Of a DNA stretch of 59,919 nt, positions 41,783-50,073 are shown one piece after another. The notes under the pieces were generated by a model, which did no database searches, was not told where the DNA came from, and saw only the letters and a list, made by a program, of their open reading frames with translations. The stretch is taken from the UHGV virus genome UHGV-0342645. One strand, given 5' to 3'. Position 1 is the first letter of the stretch, and each line of letters opens with the position of its first letter. The DNA is from a virus. The position numbers and the translations under genes are program-made.

Positions 41783-42763
41783 TTATGGGAGAAGTTGCTC
41801 CGGTTGCTTGTTAATGAGCGTTGCTACTAGTTTTTTAAGATCTTCAACTTCTGTCTCAAGCTTAGTAATGCGATCGTCAGTTTCACGACATACCTGAACA
41901 AGCAGACCAACAATACCAGAATAGTTAACGGTAAGATAACGCGTCCCTATTTCCTTATCTTCTTCAGTGTAAACTGTCATCCCACCAACTGCTTCCGGCA
42001 ATGCTTCCATAACCTCTTGTGCGATCACACCAGAATAAGGCATTCTATCAGATTTAAGGGTATATGTGTATCCGTACATCTTGCGCAGCTTTTCGGTGGC
42101 ATTAGCGATGATTTCAATATCGGTTTTCAAGTCTCGGTCAGATCCCGCACTTACGTTATTTGCTATAATATTTCCATTTACATGAAACTCTCTTGAATTA
42201 TCACTATTACGCTGCATATAGAAGCCATAACCATTACTCCAGCTGTATTCAAATACGTCCGCACGTGTCCCGGAACCCCACATATTCAAACGACCATCCA
42301 TTGACGCTGTGCCATCATTTGCAATACGAAAACGTCTTGTGCTAAGATTTTGTTTCGGCGGAATTACAATTTCGCCATTATCATTAAAATCGTAATATAT
42401 TGAGTCACCGGCAGCGTTAACAACATTAATACGCGCGTTTATAACTCCGTCAGATCTAACCCGCACCATTTCCAGTGACGAAGCATATGTTTTTCCATCA
42501 ATATCTATACCTTGAGAGATTAATTTATAACCTGTCCCGAAGTTGCTAGATGAATCGGTCTGCTGATTCTGCGGTCGCTGTGCTGTCCAATCAGTATTCA
42601 CAATCTCCCGTGTTTCCAAGTTACCAACTTCGGACTTTAGAGTTGACACATCGGACTTCAACGTGGAGGTATCTTGCGTTAATGTTGATACTTCTCCGTT
42701 TATTGCTTCAACGTCAGTTTTAAGTTTGGTTATATCTGTTGGTATAACGGTCTTAGTCACCAT
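41783..42763 (-). CDS. tail fibre/spike protein with C-terminal S74-type intramolecular chaperone domain
   Basis: C-terminus GSDRDLKTDIE...YTYTLK...GVIAQEV...NYSGIVGLLVQ plus a coiled coil is the endosialidase/T5 pb1-type autoprocessing chaperone signature. Confidence 0.7.
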   Translation of the reverse strand: MVTKTVIPTDITKLKTDVEAINGEVSTLTQDTSTLKSDVSTLKSEVGNLETREIVNTDWTAQRPQNQQTDSSSNFGTGYKLISQGIDIDGKTYASSLEMVRVRSDGVINARINVVNAAGDSIYYDFNDNGEIVIPPKQNLSTRRFRIANDGTASMDGRLNMWGSGTRADVFEYSWSNGYGFYMQRNSDNSREFHVNGNIIANNVSAGSDRDLKTDIEIIANATEKLRKMYGYTYTLKSDRMPYSGVIAQEVMEALPEAVGGMTVYTEEDKEIGTRYLTVNYSGIVGLLVQVCRETDDRITKLETEVEDLKKLVATLINKQPEQLLP

Positions 42764-42772
42764 AACTACTCC

Positions 42773-43048
42773 TTAAGCCCATTCTCTTAGAGGTTGATCA
42801 AGAATAACACTGTGGTTACTGTACTGGGTAAAATCAAATGAGTCATCAATAACTCTTACGTTTACATAATATCCTTCATTTTGAATATATGTTGGTTCGT
42901 CTGATAGACTTTCAACTTCTGTATAGGTGTAGCCTATTACGTCAAGTAAAATCTGGTTTTGCAAAGTTTCATTGTATTCCCAATCAATAACCACAAGGAA
43001 ATCTTCAAATGCTTTCTTATCCTTAAATTTCATCGTTAAGTCTTTCAT
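42773..43048 (-). CDS. hypothetical protein (between the two fibre genes)
   Basis: 91 aa with a 4-nt overlap with the upstream fibre gene. Confidence 0.55.
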   Translation of the reverse strand: MKDLTMKFKDKKAFEDFLVVIDWEYNETLQNQILLDVIGYTYTEVESLSDEPTYIQNEGYYVNVRVIDDSFDFTQYSNHSVILDQPLREWA

Positions 43049-45183
43049 ACAGACTCCTTCATTTGACGATCTGTTAATTCTTTATGCCAGATTCTAAAGT
43101 TACGAATGTGACCGAAAAGATGACGTAGGCCGCTATTATTCTGCCCGCCAATCCTGAAGAAATAACCAGATTTAACACCGACATGATCCGTGGTTTTAGG
43201 AGTCCCATGCTGGGCATTGCTAACGAAATGCACATTACCAGATTCATTTAAAACAAATCCAAGAACAGATTTTTGTTCAAATAATACTGGCGATACGGCA
43301 ACTACTGTACTACCGTCTTTATTGTACATCGTAACACTAGGAAATAATGTTGAACTAATAGCAACACTTATATATTGACCCGGAGTTGTGCTCCCACCAC
43401 TGGTATCAAAAATTCGTGGTGCTGCATTTGGCGTTTCGTTCCAGTTTGTATGAACTTCAGCTAGAAATGTTAAAGGTGGTGTACCGATATTGTTATTTGT
43501 TGGTATATTCACCATATCACTGGCTCTTGTGACTGGCGTTTCCTCAGTAATAATAAACGAAGAAGCGCACGAACCGCCTTCGAGCTGAGGAGTTGCAACA
43601 TAAATATAATCATCTGCGCCAGTGCTTCCCCCTTTTGGTGGTGCATATTGCACCATCGCACCGATCATATTTTCTGTATCAAGTGCCTTAATTGTTGCCT
43701 CAAAGAAAATCCATTTGCTTGCTTCATTTTTAACAGCCCTTGCAGTAATACGACTTGCATCGCCGCCAGTTTTATCAATCGATAAATCTGTCATATTTAA
43801 GAAAGCATCACCCACGAATTTGTGGGTAGATCCATCATATTCTTCAAATCGTAATCGACATCTTAAATTTGGAGTCCCACTTTGTACCCTGCATGAGATA
43901 GTTACATACTTTTCATCGCCGGTAACATCATATCCTTTGCTTCCAGATACTGTGACAATAGAAAGGGATGAGGTTTGCCCCACCATTTCTGGTTTTAATG
44001 TGAATTTTGCGTACTGGAAACCAAAATCATCTACACCTGATGTATTTAAAATCATATTTGATGACTTGTTCCACTTTGATGGATTTGTGCTATTTATTAA
44101 CAGGTTTGTACGCTGCCCTTCAATCAGCAATCCATACTTTTCAAAGCGAGGTTCATCGATTGCAGCCTCTGTCAGCACACCAGATTTATTAATGTAAGTT
44201 GCTTTTGATGCACGTTTAAACTTAACAATCTTGTCACCAGGCATTGTAATTTCATCGTCATCAATTACAATCTTTTTATATGAAGGCGAAAAGCCCGTAA
44301 TCATATCTAGAGAATCGTTAAACGGTATCCACACATCAGGTAACGGCTGAATTTCTGGTGCATTGTTGGCAGCAGATTCCGCACGGTCAGCTTCCGTCTT
44401 TGCACGGTCCGCGTCGTTTTTAGCTGCGGTTGCGCTTGTGCTTGCGTTACCTGCTTGTTTTCCGGCTTCGGTAGCACTATTACCCGCTTCCGTAGCAGAA
44501 GCAGCGGCAGCGTCTTTTAAAGCGGTAGTTTCGGACACAGCGGCATCTTTAATTGCTTGCGTCTCACTTACTGCATTGTTCTTAATAGTCTGTGTATTGG
44601 ACTTTAACTTTTCAACATCCTTTTTGAGATTTGTTATTGTGGTTACAGCTTGTGTTGCAGTGTTGGCGGAACCAGCAGCACCTGCTTGTGCTTGTTTAGC
44701 TGCATCCGCGTTGGCCTTAGAATCATTCTTGTAAGTTAATGCTTGACTTGCTGAGGTTGCAGCCGCCGCTTTACTGTTACGTGCGTCCGTAGCGTCTGCG
44801 TTTGCTGCCGCAGCAGAACGTCCAGCTTGTAACGCATATTCCTCAGAGTTAGCCACAAGTCGCTGGACTTGCTTAATAACGTCCGGTGTCAACTGTTCCG
44901 GAGCCCAGTTAATCAAATAGCCGTTGAGCGAACCTTCAGGACTATCGCCATAAATAACAATTTCACCCGCTTTATAAGGCTCAATACCCTGCGGACCAAT
45001 GATCACCTTATAATGGCCTGTTTGTACGGTTACATTGTACGCACCTTCCCCGTCTGTGCGGAATATTGCTTCACTTCCGTTCAATACCGTAATTGTATTT
45101 CCTTTTGCAATAAGCGCAACCGTAGCGTTGATAATTGGCTTATTCAAACCATCCAGCAAGATACCGTGCAAGCGCGTAGCCAT
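43045..45183 (-). CDS. side tail fibre protein (lambda Stf-like N-terminus)
   Basis: ATG 45183 with GGAG SD. N-terminus MATRLHGILLDGLNKPIINATVALIAKGNT...GHYKVII resembles the prophage tail-fibre N-terminal domain of lambda Stf. Ala-rich coiled-coil segment. Confidence 0.7.
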   Translation of the reverse strand: MATRLHGILLDGLNKPIINATVALIAKGNTITVLNGSEAIFRTDGEGAYNVTVQTGHYKVIIGPQGIEPYKAGEIVIYGDSPEGSLNGYLINWAPEQLTPDVIKQVQRLVANSEEYALQAGRSAAAANADATDARNSKAAAATSASQALTYKNDSKANADAAKQAQAGAAGSANTATQAVTTITNLKKDVEKLKSNTQTIKNNAVSETQAIKDAAVSETTALKDAAAASATEAGNSATEAGKQAGNASTSATAAKNDADRAKTEADRAESAANNAPEIQPLPDVWIPFNDSLDMITGFSPSYKKIVIDDDEITMPGDKIVKFKRASKATYINKSGVLTEAAIDEPRFEKYGLLIEGQRTNLLINSTNPSKWNKSSNMILNTSGVDDFGFQYAKFTLKPEMVGQTSSLSIVTVSGSKGYDVTGDEKYVTISCRVQSGTPNLRCRLRFEEYDGSTHKFVGDAFLNMTDLSIDKTGGDASRITARAVKNEASKWIFFEATIKALDTENMIGAMVQYAPPKGGSTGADDYIYVATPQLEGGSCASSFIITEETPVTRASDMVNIPTNNNIGTPPLTFLAEVHTNWNETPNAAPRIFDTSGGSTTPGQYISVAISSTLFPSVTMYNKDGSTVVAVSPVLFEQKSVLGFVLNESGNVHFVSNAQHGTPKTTDHVGVKSGYFFRIGGQNNSGLRHLFGHIRNFRIWHKELTDRQMKESV

Positions 45184-45201
45184 AATTTCTCCCACATTTA
45201 A

Positions 45202-45229
45202 TTGACTTACTCAACCTAACAAGTATATT
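45202..45229 (+). promoter_or_regulatory. strong sigma70-like promoter of the lipoprotein cassette
   Basis: TTGACT (45202..45207), 16 nt spacer, TATATT (45224..45229). Confidence 0.6.
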
Positions 45230-45266
45230 AAACTTGAACCTTGACAACAACCTAAAAGGAGTCCCG

Positions 45267-45500
45267 ATGAAACGTTCTATTGTAATTTTAGCATTAACAT
45301 TTCTGTTAGCTGCTTGCGGTACTGGTCTGGACACAGGAAAGCCTAATTCCGGTGTTATTCCAAAACCTTTAGACCGTGACGGTAACGGTTCTTTAATCTA
45401 TGATACCGAAAAACTTCCAATGACTGGGCAATGGTGTCATGAGATTGATCACGAGTACCGACGAATTGGTAGTCCTTCCAACTGTGTTATAGATTACTAA
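45267..45500 (+). CDS. small outer-membrane-type lipoprotein, candidate superinfection-exclusion factor (Llp/Cor-like role)
   Basis: ATG 45267 with AGGAG SD. MKRSIVILALTFLLAACG has a signal peptide plus lipobox. 77 aa with two further Cys. Opposite strand, inside the tail module. Confidence 0.65.
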   Translation: MKRSIVILALTFLLAACGTGLDTGKPNSGVIPKPLDRDGNGSLIYDTEKLPMTGQWCHEIDHEYRRIGSPSNCVIDY

Positions 45501-45506
45501 AAATTA

Positions 45507-45530
45507 CCCCGCATTAGCGGGGTTTTGTTT
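45507..45530. terminator. bidirectional intrinsic terminator
   Basis: CCCCGC-atta-GCGGGG with TTTTGTTT on the plus side and TAATTTTT on the minus side. Serves the lipoprotein gene (+) and the J-like gene (-). Confidence 0.75.
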
Positions 45531-48492
45531 AACCAGTGAATGAACCGGATCCGTGCGAAACAATAATAGTAGGCGAGGCTATATACGCCCCTCTATTGTT
45601 CTGAGCGGAAATTGTAATTCTTACCGTAACGTTTGGACCAGTTACAACAGCAGAATGCATAATAAGTCGTTCTATATCCTGTACTCTGGAAGAGCCCTCA
45701 GATCCGTTAATATTTATCGTACCTGCACCATTCCCACTCACGTTTGCTATAACACAGACGTGTCTTGCGTGACCTGAGGAGGATGAATCTGTGTATGTCA
45801 TTACCTTTTCCAGTACACCGTTATTCGTTCGACTTACATTCGTCCCAGTATGCATGTTTGCAATATCGCCAATAAAGCTTTGAGCTTCAACAGTTCCGGT
45901 AAACTTACCATTAGTTGCATACACGGTCCCTCTAAACTCACCGTTGGTTGCGTAAATAGTCCCTCTTGCAATTATGTTGTTAACGTGGAAATAACCGTCT
46001 TTAGTAATTGCCCAACCTTGATCGTCACCGTTCCAGTTATAGGATTGAATAATATTACCAATTTTTGCGTTATTGATAGAACCGTCTTCAATGAAGCCTT
46101 CACGAATAAAGGTTTGACCGTTCTTAATAACAAACGCTAAGCTTGCAGCCCCCGCTACCGGATTATAAACAGCAAAGTTGTCCGCACTTACCATCCAGTA
46201 TGATTGATATTGCCCACCCTGCCCTTCCACGCCCATCTGCATACCAGCAACGTATTTATTTCCGTTGTTGTCAATCTGAACCTTCTGCCCCCATTGTGCG
46301 GATAATTTACCGTTTAAATCAGCAAACGCGGAAGCTTGTTGTTGTACAGTAGCGCTAACATTGCCCACACTGCTCTGGACTGAGTTGATCTGCTCCGTAT
46401 ATTTAGTGTCATTTTCCTCTATAGTTGTTTGAAGGGATGTCACACCATCTTCAACTTCTTTAACCGTTGCAACAAGATTTTTATATGATTCAGTTTGCGA
46501 TAACGTGTCTTCTACAAAGTCAATCAGCTGTCCAGTTTCTGCATGAACTACAGCCGCAACTTCCACGAATGCGGACGAACCAAATGCGTTTATCGAACGG
46601 ACGTACCAGTAATAAGTGTGGTCATTCTTAAGGTTTTGGTCGGTCCATGTTGTACCCATCCCTTTTCTTGTTGCTTGCGCTTCAACAATTTCGGTTGCAT
46701 AAGATGGTAATTTTGTTTCACCGGATGTCCAGAAATCAAATTGCGTACTAACGCTAGTCAAATCTTTAATACGCGGAATTAACGTTATAGCAAAATACCC
46801 ATTTTGGACTTCTACATTGGACGGAGGTGGCGGTGCCTGAATGTTAAATTCCAAATAGGCTTCAGGCGACACAGCACCATTATAGCCAACAGCTTGCACA
46901 TGAGCGGTATAACCGCCGCGCAATAGCCCAGTTACACGCACGTTCTGCCCAGGAACCTGTGCGGTCCATATCGTTTGCCCGTTCTGCTTAATTGCAACAC
47001 GGTTATATGAAAAAGATCCTATATTGCTCCACGTTAATACACCTTGTACAACGTCGCTAATCTGCAACACCTGATACTGCAAATTCTGAGGTTGGGGGAT
47101 TCCACCAGTAGGAAGATCGACAAGATCCGGACGCTCTATTGGTTTACCGATAGCATCATCCCACATCTCAAGGAAGTCCTGACGTAATGTAAGGTTAACA
47201 CCTCCTTTAGGATCAAAAGACCATTTAGTTACACGCATTTCAACATCGCGCATACCAATCTGTGGGATTGATACTTTTAAGTACATGCCTGGGCGGAATT
47301 TATACCCCTTCATATTACAAGGAATTTCAAGCGTTCTGCCTACACGTTTACGACGTAAAATAATATTTGCAAGACGCTGGGCTTGGTATGGACTTACAAC
47401 GAAGCGGTATTCCATATCCTGCGTGATTTCCCCTCCATCTTTCTCCACCCATTCCTTAACCACAACTGAGGGGAAGTCTGCTTCTGTATAGTTTTGTTCC
47501 GGATCGATGAATGTACCTGTGATGGTGTTAGTACGGTCTTTATATGATGTCTCCGGTACTATTTTAATATCACCAGCAATACAACTTTCGTCCAACGTCA
47601 TTGTTGCAGGGCCGTAATAAGCGCCAACAAGCAAGCCGTGTTTACCCCCAATATATGTTAGTTCACCGCCGCAAGCTTCCAGCATTGCATCGAGTATTTT
47701 GGACGGGGCCTCTTCAACCTCAAACTCGCCATTAATGCGATAGCGGCGTTCAGATGTACCATCTGCGTTATTTATGATTTCATCACAAATATTGGCAGCT
47801 TCAATAAACTGATCCCAGTTTATGCTGGAGTCTTTACGATTTAAGTACACACGAAAATAATCCAATATCACTAACGCAGCGTTATCGCTAAAGACTTCTG
47901 TCCCTGAACGCGGGTCGTACACCCTTCTACCTTTCTTTAAAACTTTAACGTTAGGTAAACCAGAAGGGAACTTTTCAGCATCAAACTTATAGGTCAGTCT
48001 TAGCCATGCTAAACCTTTACCAATCATGTCCTCCTTCCACGAAGGACAATTATTCAACATATAGGGGTCAACTGTTTGACGGTCGTTATGAAACTCCCAC
48101 GATACCAAATCCCCAAAAGTTTCAATAGCATCGTCGCCAAGCCATATTGGTCCTATCCCTTCTAGCCTATGGGATGCAAGGACAAGCACCATATTTAGAA
48201 TTTCTTTATCATCCTGATCACCAGCTTGTTCCTCTGCAAAGGATAATAGACCGGATGAAACAGTTGTACCGTAGACAACAACTCTTGAAGAGGCAGCGGA
48301 CCGCAAAACTTGTTTACGTTCTTGCTGACCTTTAAAGGCGTTGAAATCAAATTTAGGCGTTTTGGTAAGCAAAGCACCCGCTGCGGTTGCAGCCATGCCT
48401 ATCACTAAAGCGGTTGTAACGGAAATAATACTAGCAGCCGCGGCAGCGGACGCGCCTAGTGCAATTGCTGCTCCAATTATTGCTGGTGGCAT
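45529..48492 (-). CDS. tail tip / host-specificity protein (lambda J-like)
   Basis: 987 aa after the minor tail genes. Hydrophobic Ala/Gly-rich N-terminus, and central segments that look like fibronectin type III repeats. Call rests on position and size. Confidence 0.75.
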   Translation of the reverse strand: MPPAIIGAAIALGASAAAAASIISVTTALVIGMAATAAGALLTKTPKFDFNAFKGQQERKQVLRSAASSRVVVYGTTVSSGLLSFAEEQAGDQDDKEILNMVLVLASHRLEGIGPIWLGDDAIETFGDLVSWEFHNDRQTVDPYMLNNCPSWKEDMIGKGLAWLRLTYKFDAEKFPSGLPNVKVLKKGRRVYDPRSGTEVFSDNAALVILDYFRVYLNRKDSSINWDQFIEAANICDEIINNADGTSERRYRINGEFEVEEAPSKILDAMLEACGGELTYIGGKHGLLVGAYYGPATMTLDESCIAGDIKIVPETSYKDRTNTITGTFIDPEQNYTEADFPSVVVKEWVEKDGGEITQDMEYRFVVSPYQAQRLANIILRRKRVGRTLEIPCNMKGYKFRPGMYLKVSIPQIGMRDVEMRVTKWSFDPKGGVNLTLRQDFLEMWDDAIGKPIERPDLVDLPTGGIPQPQNLQYQVLQISDVVQGVLTWSNIGSFSYNRVAIKQNGQTIWTAQVPGQNVRVTGLLRGGYTAHVQAVGYNGAVSPEAYLEFNIQAPPPPSNVEVQNGYFAITLIPRIKDLTSVSTQFDFWTSGETKLPSYATEIVEAQATRKGMGTTWTDQNLKNDHTYYWYVRSINAFGSSAFVEVAAVVHAETGQLIDFVEDTLSQTESYKNLVATVKEVEDGVTSLQTTIEENDTKYTEQINSVQSSVGNVSATVQQQASAFADLNGKLSAQWGQKVQIDNNGNKYVAGMQMGVEGQGGQYQSYWMVSADNFAVYNPVAGAASLAFVIKNGQTFIREGFIEDGSINNAKIGNIIQSYNWNGDDQGWAITKDGYFHVNNIIARGTIYATNGEFRGTVYATNGKFTGTVEAQSFIGDIANMHTGTNVSRTNNGVLEKVMTYTDSSSSGHARHVCVIANVSGNGAGTININGSEGSSRVQDIERLIMHSAVVTGPNVTVRITISAQNNRGAYIASPTIIVSHGSGSFTG

Positions 48493-48909
48493 TTACATCC
48501 TCCAAATGTCGGTAATTTCAATCTTACTTAATGGAAAAGTTTCAACACCGTTTGGACCCATAGCCCAAACAACACCCGACCATAATACGCCAGCGGTTAA
48601 ACCTAAGTCACCATTAAATGTAACCACATCTCCGCGCTGCGCATATTTCTTATCGACACGCTGCGTGATGTATACATCCAACATTGTAGGCAAATACGTG
48701 CTCTTGGCTTTTTCCAGCATAAATCTCTTGCTTCCAAGCTCTGTGCTGTACTGACCAATTATCCCGTCTGCAATACTAGTCCCGTATTGTGCGTCTAAAC
48801 ATTTAGCGACAAATATACAGCAATCATTTTGCCCCCAAACAAAAGGGACTTCCTTTAGCTCGTTTACTGTGGTTAATAGGCGTGTCTGCCACCCTGCGGT
48901 TTTATTCAT
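48493..48909 (-). CDS. tail assembly protein with NlpC/P60-like Cys motif (gpK-like position)
   Basis: ATG 48909 (ATGAATAA overlap with the upstream stop). The 194-aa track form overlaps the upstream gene. Contains VWGQNDCCIFVAKC. Confidence 0.5.
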   Translation of the reverse strand: MNKTAGWQTRLLTTVNELKEVPFVWGQNDCCIFVAKCLDAQYGTSIADGIIGQYSTELGSKRFMLEKAKSTYLPTMLDVYITQRVDKKYAQRGDVVTFNGDLGLTAGVLWSGVVWAMGPNGVETFPLSKIEITDIWRM

Positions 48910-49486
48910 AGTAGAATCCCGGCGCATCTTTCTTACTTCCCCAAAAGATTGAACGTTCTGCCATTTGTGCAACATATCTAAAAAAGCGGTCCCCTGGATG
49001 TAACCGCTGTTGACTTTCATCCGTGTAGCGGTCAGGCAATCCCTGCGACCATCTTTCAAATACGTTAGCAACAACATAACTTAATGCGTTCTGTTGACCC
49101 GCTTGCATTGCAGTATCTGTAATAAAACCTTCAAAGAGAACGTTAGCACCAGTTACAACACCTTGACTATTTAATACCGCAATGTAGCATATAACTGTAC
49201 ATCCGATTACTTCTTCGTTCAACGTCTCACCAACAAGACTCATATCAAGTCCGTTAAGTGTCATAGACATGGTACTTGAACTTGTGCTGTTTTCTTCAGT
49301 AACCGAGCCAACGTCCCCTAACGTTCCAACTCCAAGAAACGTTTGACCGTCAATAACAACAACTCCGGTCCCTGTATGGACTCTAGTTATACCAGAAGGG
49401 AAATGTATTTCCGCAGCAAGGACAAGCTTAACATCCGGTTGATCCATGGCAGTTAAAACACTATTGCTAAAAGGGCTGAACAGCAT
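48902..49486 (-). CDS. minor tail protein (gpL-like position)
   Basis: 194 aa, TAATG-coupled to the upstream gene. Confidence 0.55.
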   Translation of the reverse strand: MLFSPFSNSVLTAMDQPDVKLVLAAEIHFPSGITRVHTGTGVVVIDGQTFLGVGTLGDVGSVTEENSTSSSTMSMTLNGLDMSLVGETLNEEVIGCTVICYIAVLNSQGVVTGANVLFEGFITDTAMQAGQQNALSYVVANVFERWSQGLPDRYTDESQQRLHPGDRFFRYVAQMAERSIFWGSKKDAPGFYYE

Positions 49487-50070
49487 TAGAAAGCCTCCGA
49501 AAACTTTAAAGTAAATGAGTTGTTGAAAGCTGGTTGACGTTTGACGCCGTTGGTATTGTCGGATAAGCGAAAGGCGCCTTGTGGTTTCTGCGTTTCAACT
49601 TTAGCACCATTGGGGGGAATAGTTCTCAGCATTGGCGCAATATTTAAGATAACGTTACCAGCACCATCGCTCCATGCGTCCTCAGTGACCATCTTTAACT
49701 CACCGTTCACGGTAATATAGTCCCCTTCCCATAAGACTTTTCTGTTAGGTGTCCAACCTTTAGTCGCCAATGTAGTTCCTGTGTTGCTTGCACCATTAAC
49801 CACAGGTGTTCCCATAGGAGGTCTGCCCCAACGTCCAAAATCTTGAAGCATAATACGACCAGATTTACCATCCAGCTTAACTAGAGTGGATTCTAATTTT
49901 CTAGATTGCCAATCGTTTAAATTGTTAAAAGATAAAGTTGCCTCCCATCTAGACCCAGGATAGGAGACAGTTTGTGTAGCCCCATTGAAGGGGCTAGTGA
50001 ATTCCACGGAGTTAGATACCAGATACCACTCCATCGAAGATGGTCTAAGTTCCTCAGGCCAGTCAAGCAT
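49486..50070 (-). CDS. minor / distal tail protein (gpM-like position)
   Basis: 194 aa, directly after the tape measure gene. Confidence 0.55.
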   Translation of the reverse strand: MLDWPEELRPSSMEWYLVSNSVEFTSPFNGATQTVSYPGSRWEATLSFNNLNDWQSRKLESTLVKLDGKSGRIMLQDFGRWGRPPMGTPVVNGASNTGTTLATKGWTPNRKVLWEGDYITVNGELKMVTEDAWSDGAGNVILNIAPMLRTIPPNGAKVETQKPQGAFRLSDNTNGVKRQPAFNNSFTLKFSEAF

Positions 50071-50073
50071 ATG

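Noticed and set aside
45184-45266. Minus-strand promoter for the side-fibre gene within the lipoprotein cassette leader (TAATAT -10-like element)
   Set aside because: No acceptable -35 lies at 16-18 bp spacing. Fibre expression may instead rely on read-through of the bidirectional terminator.
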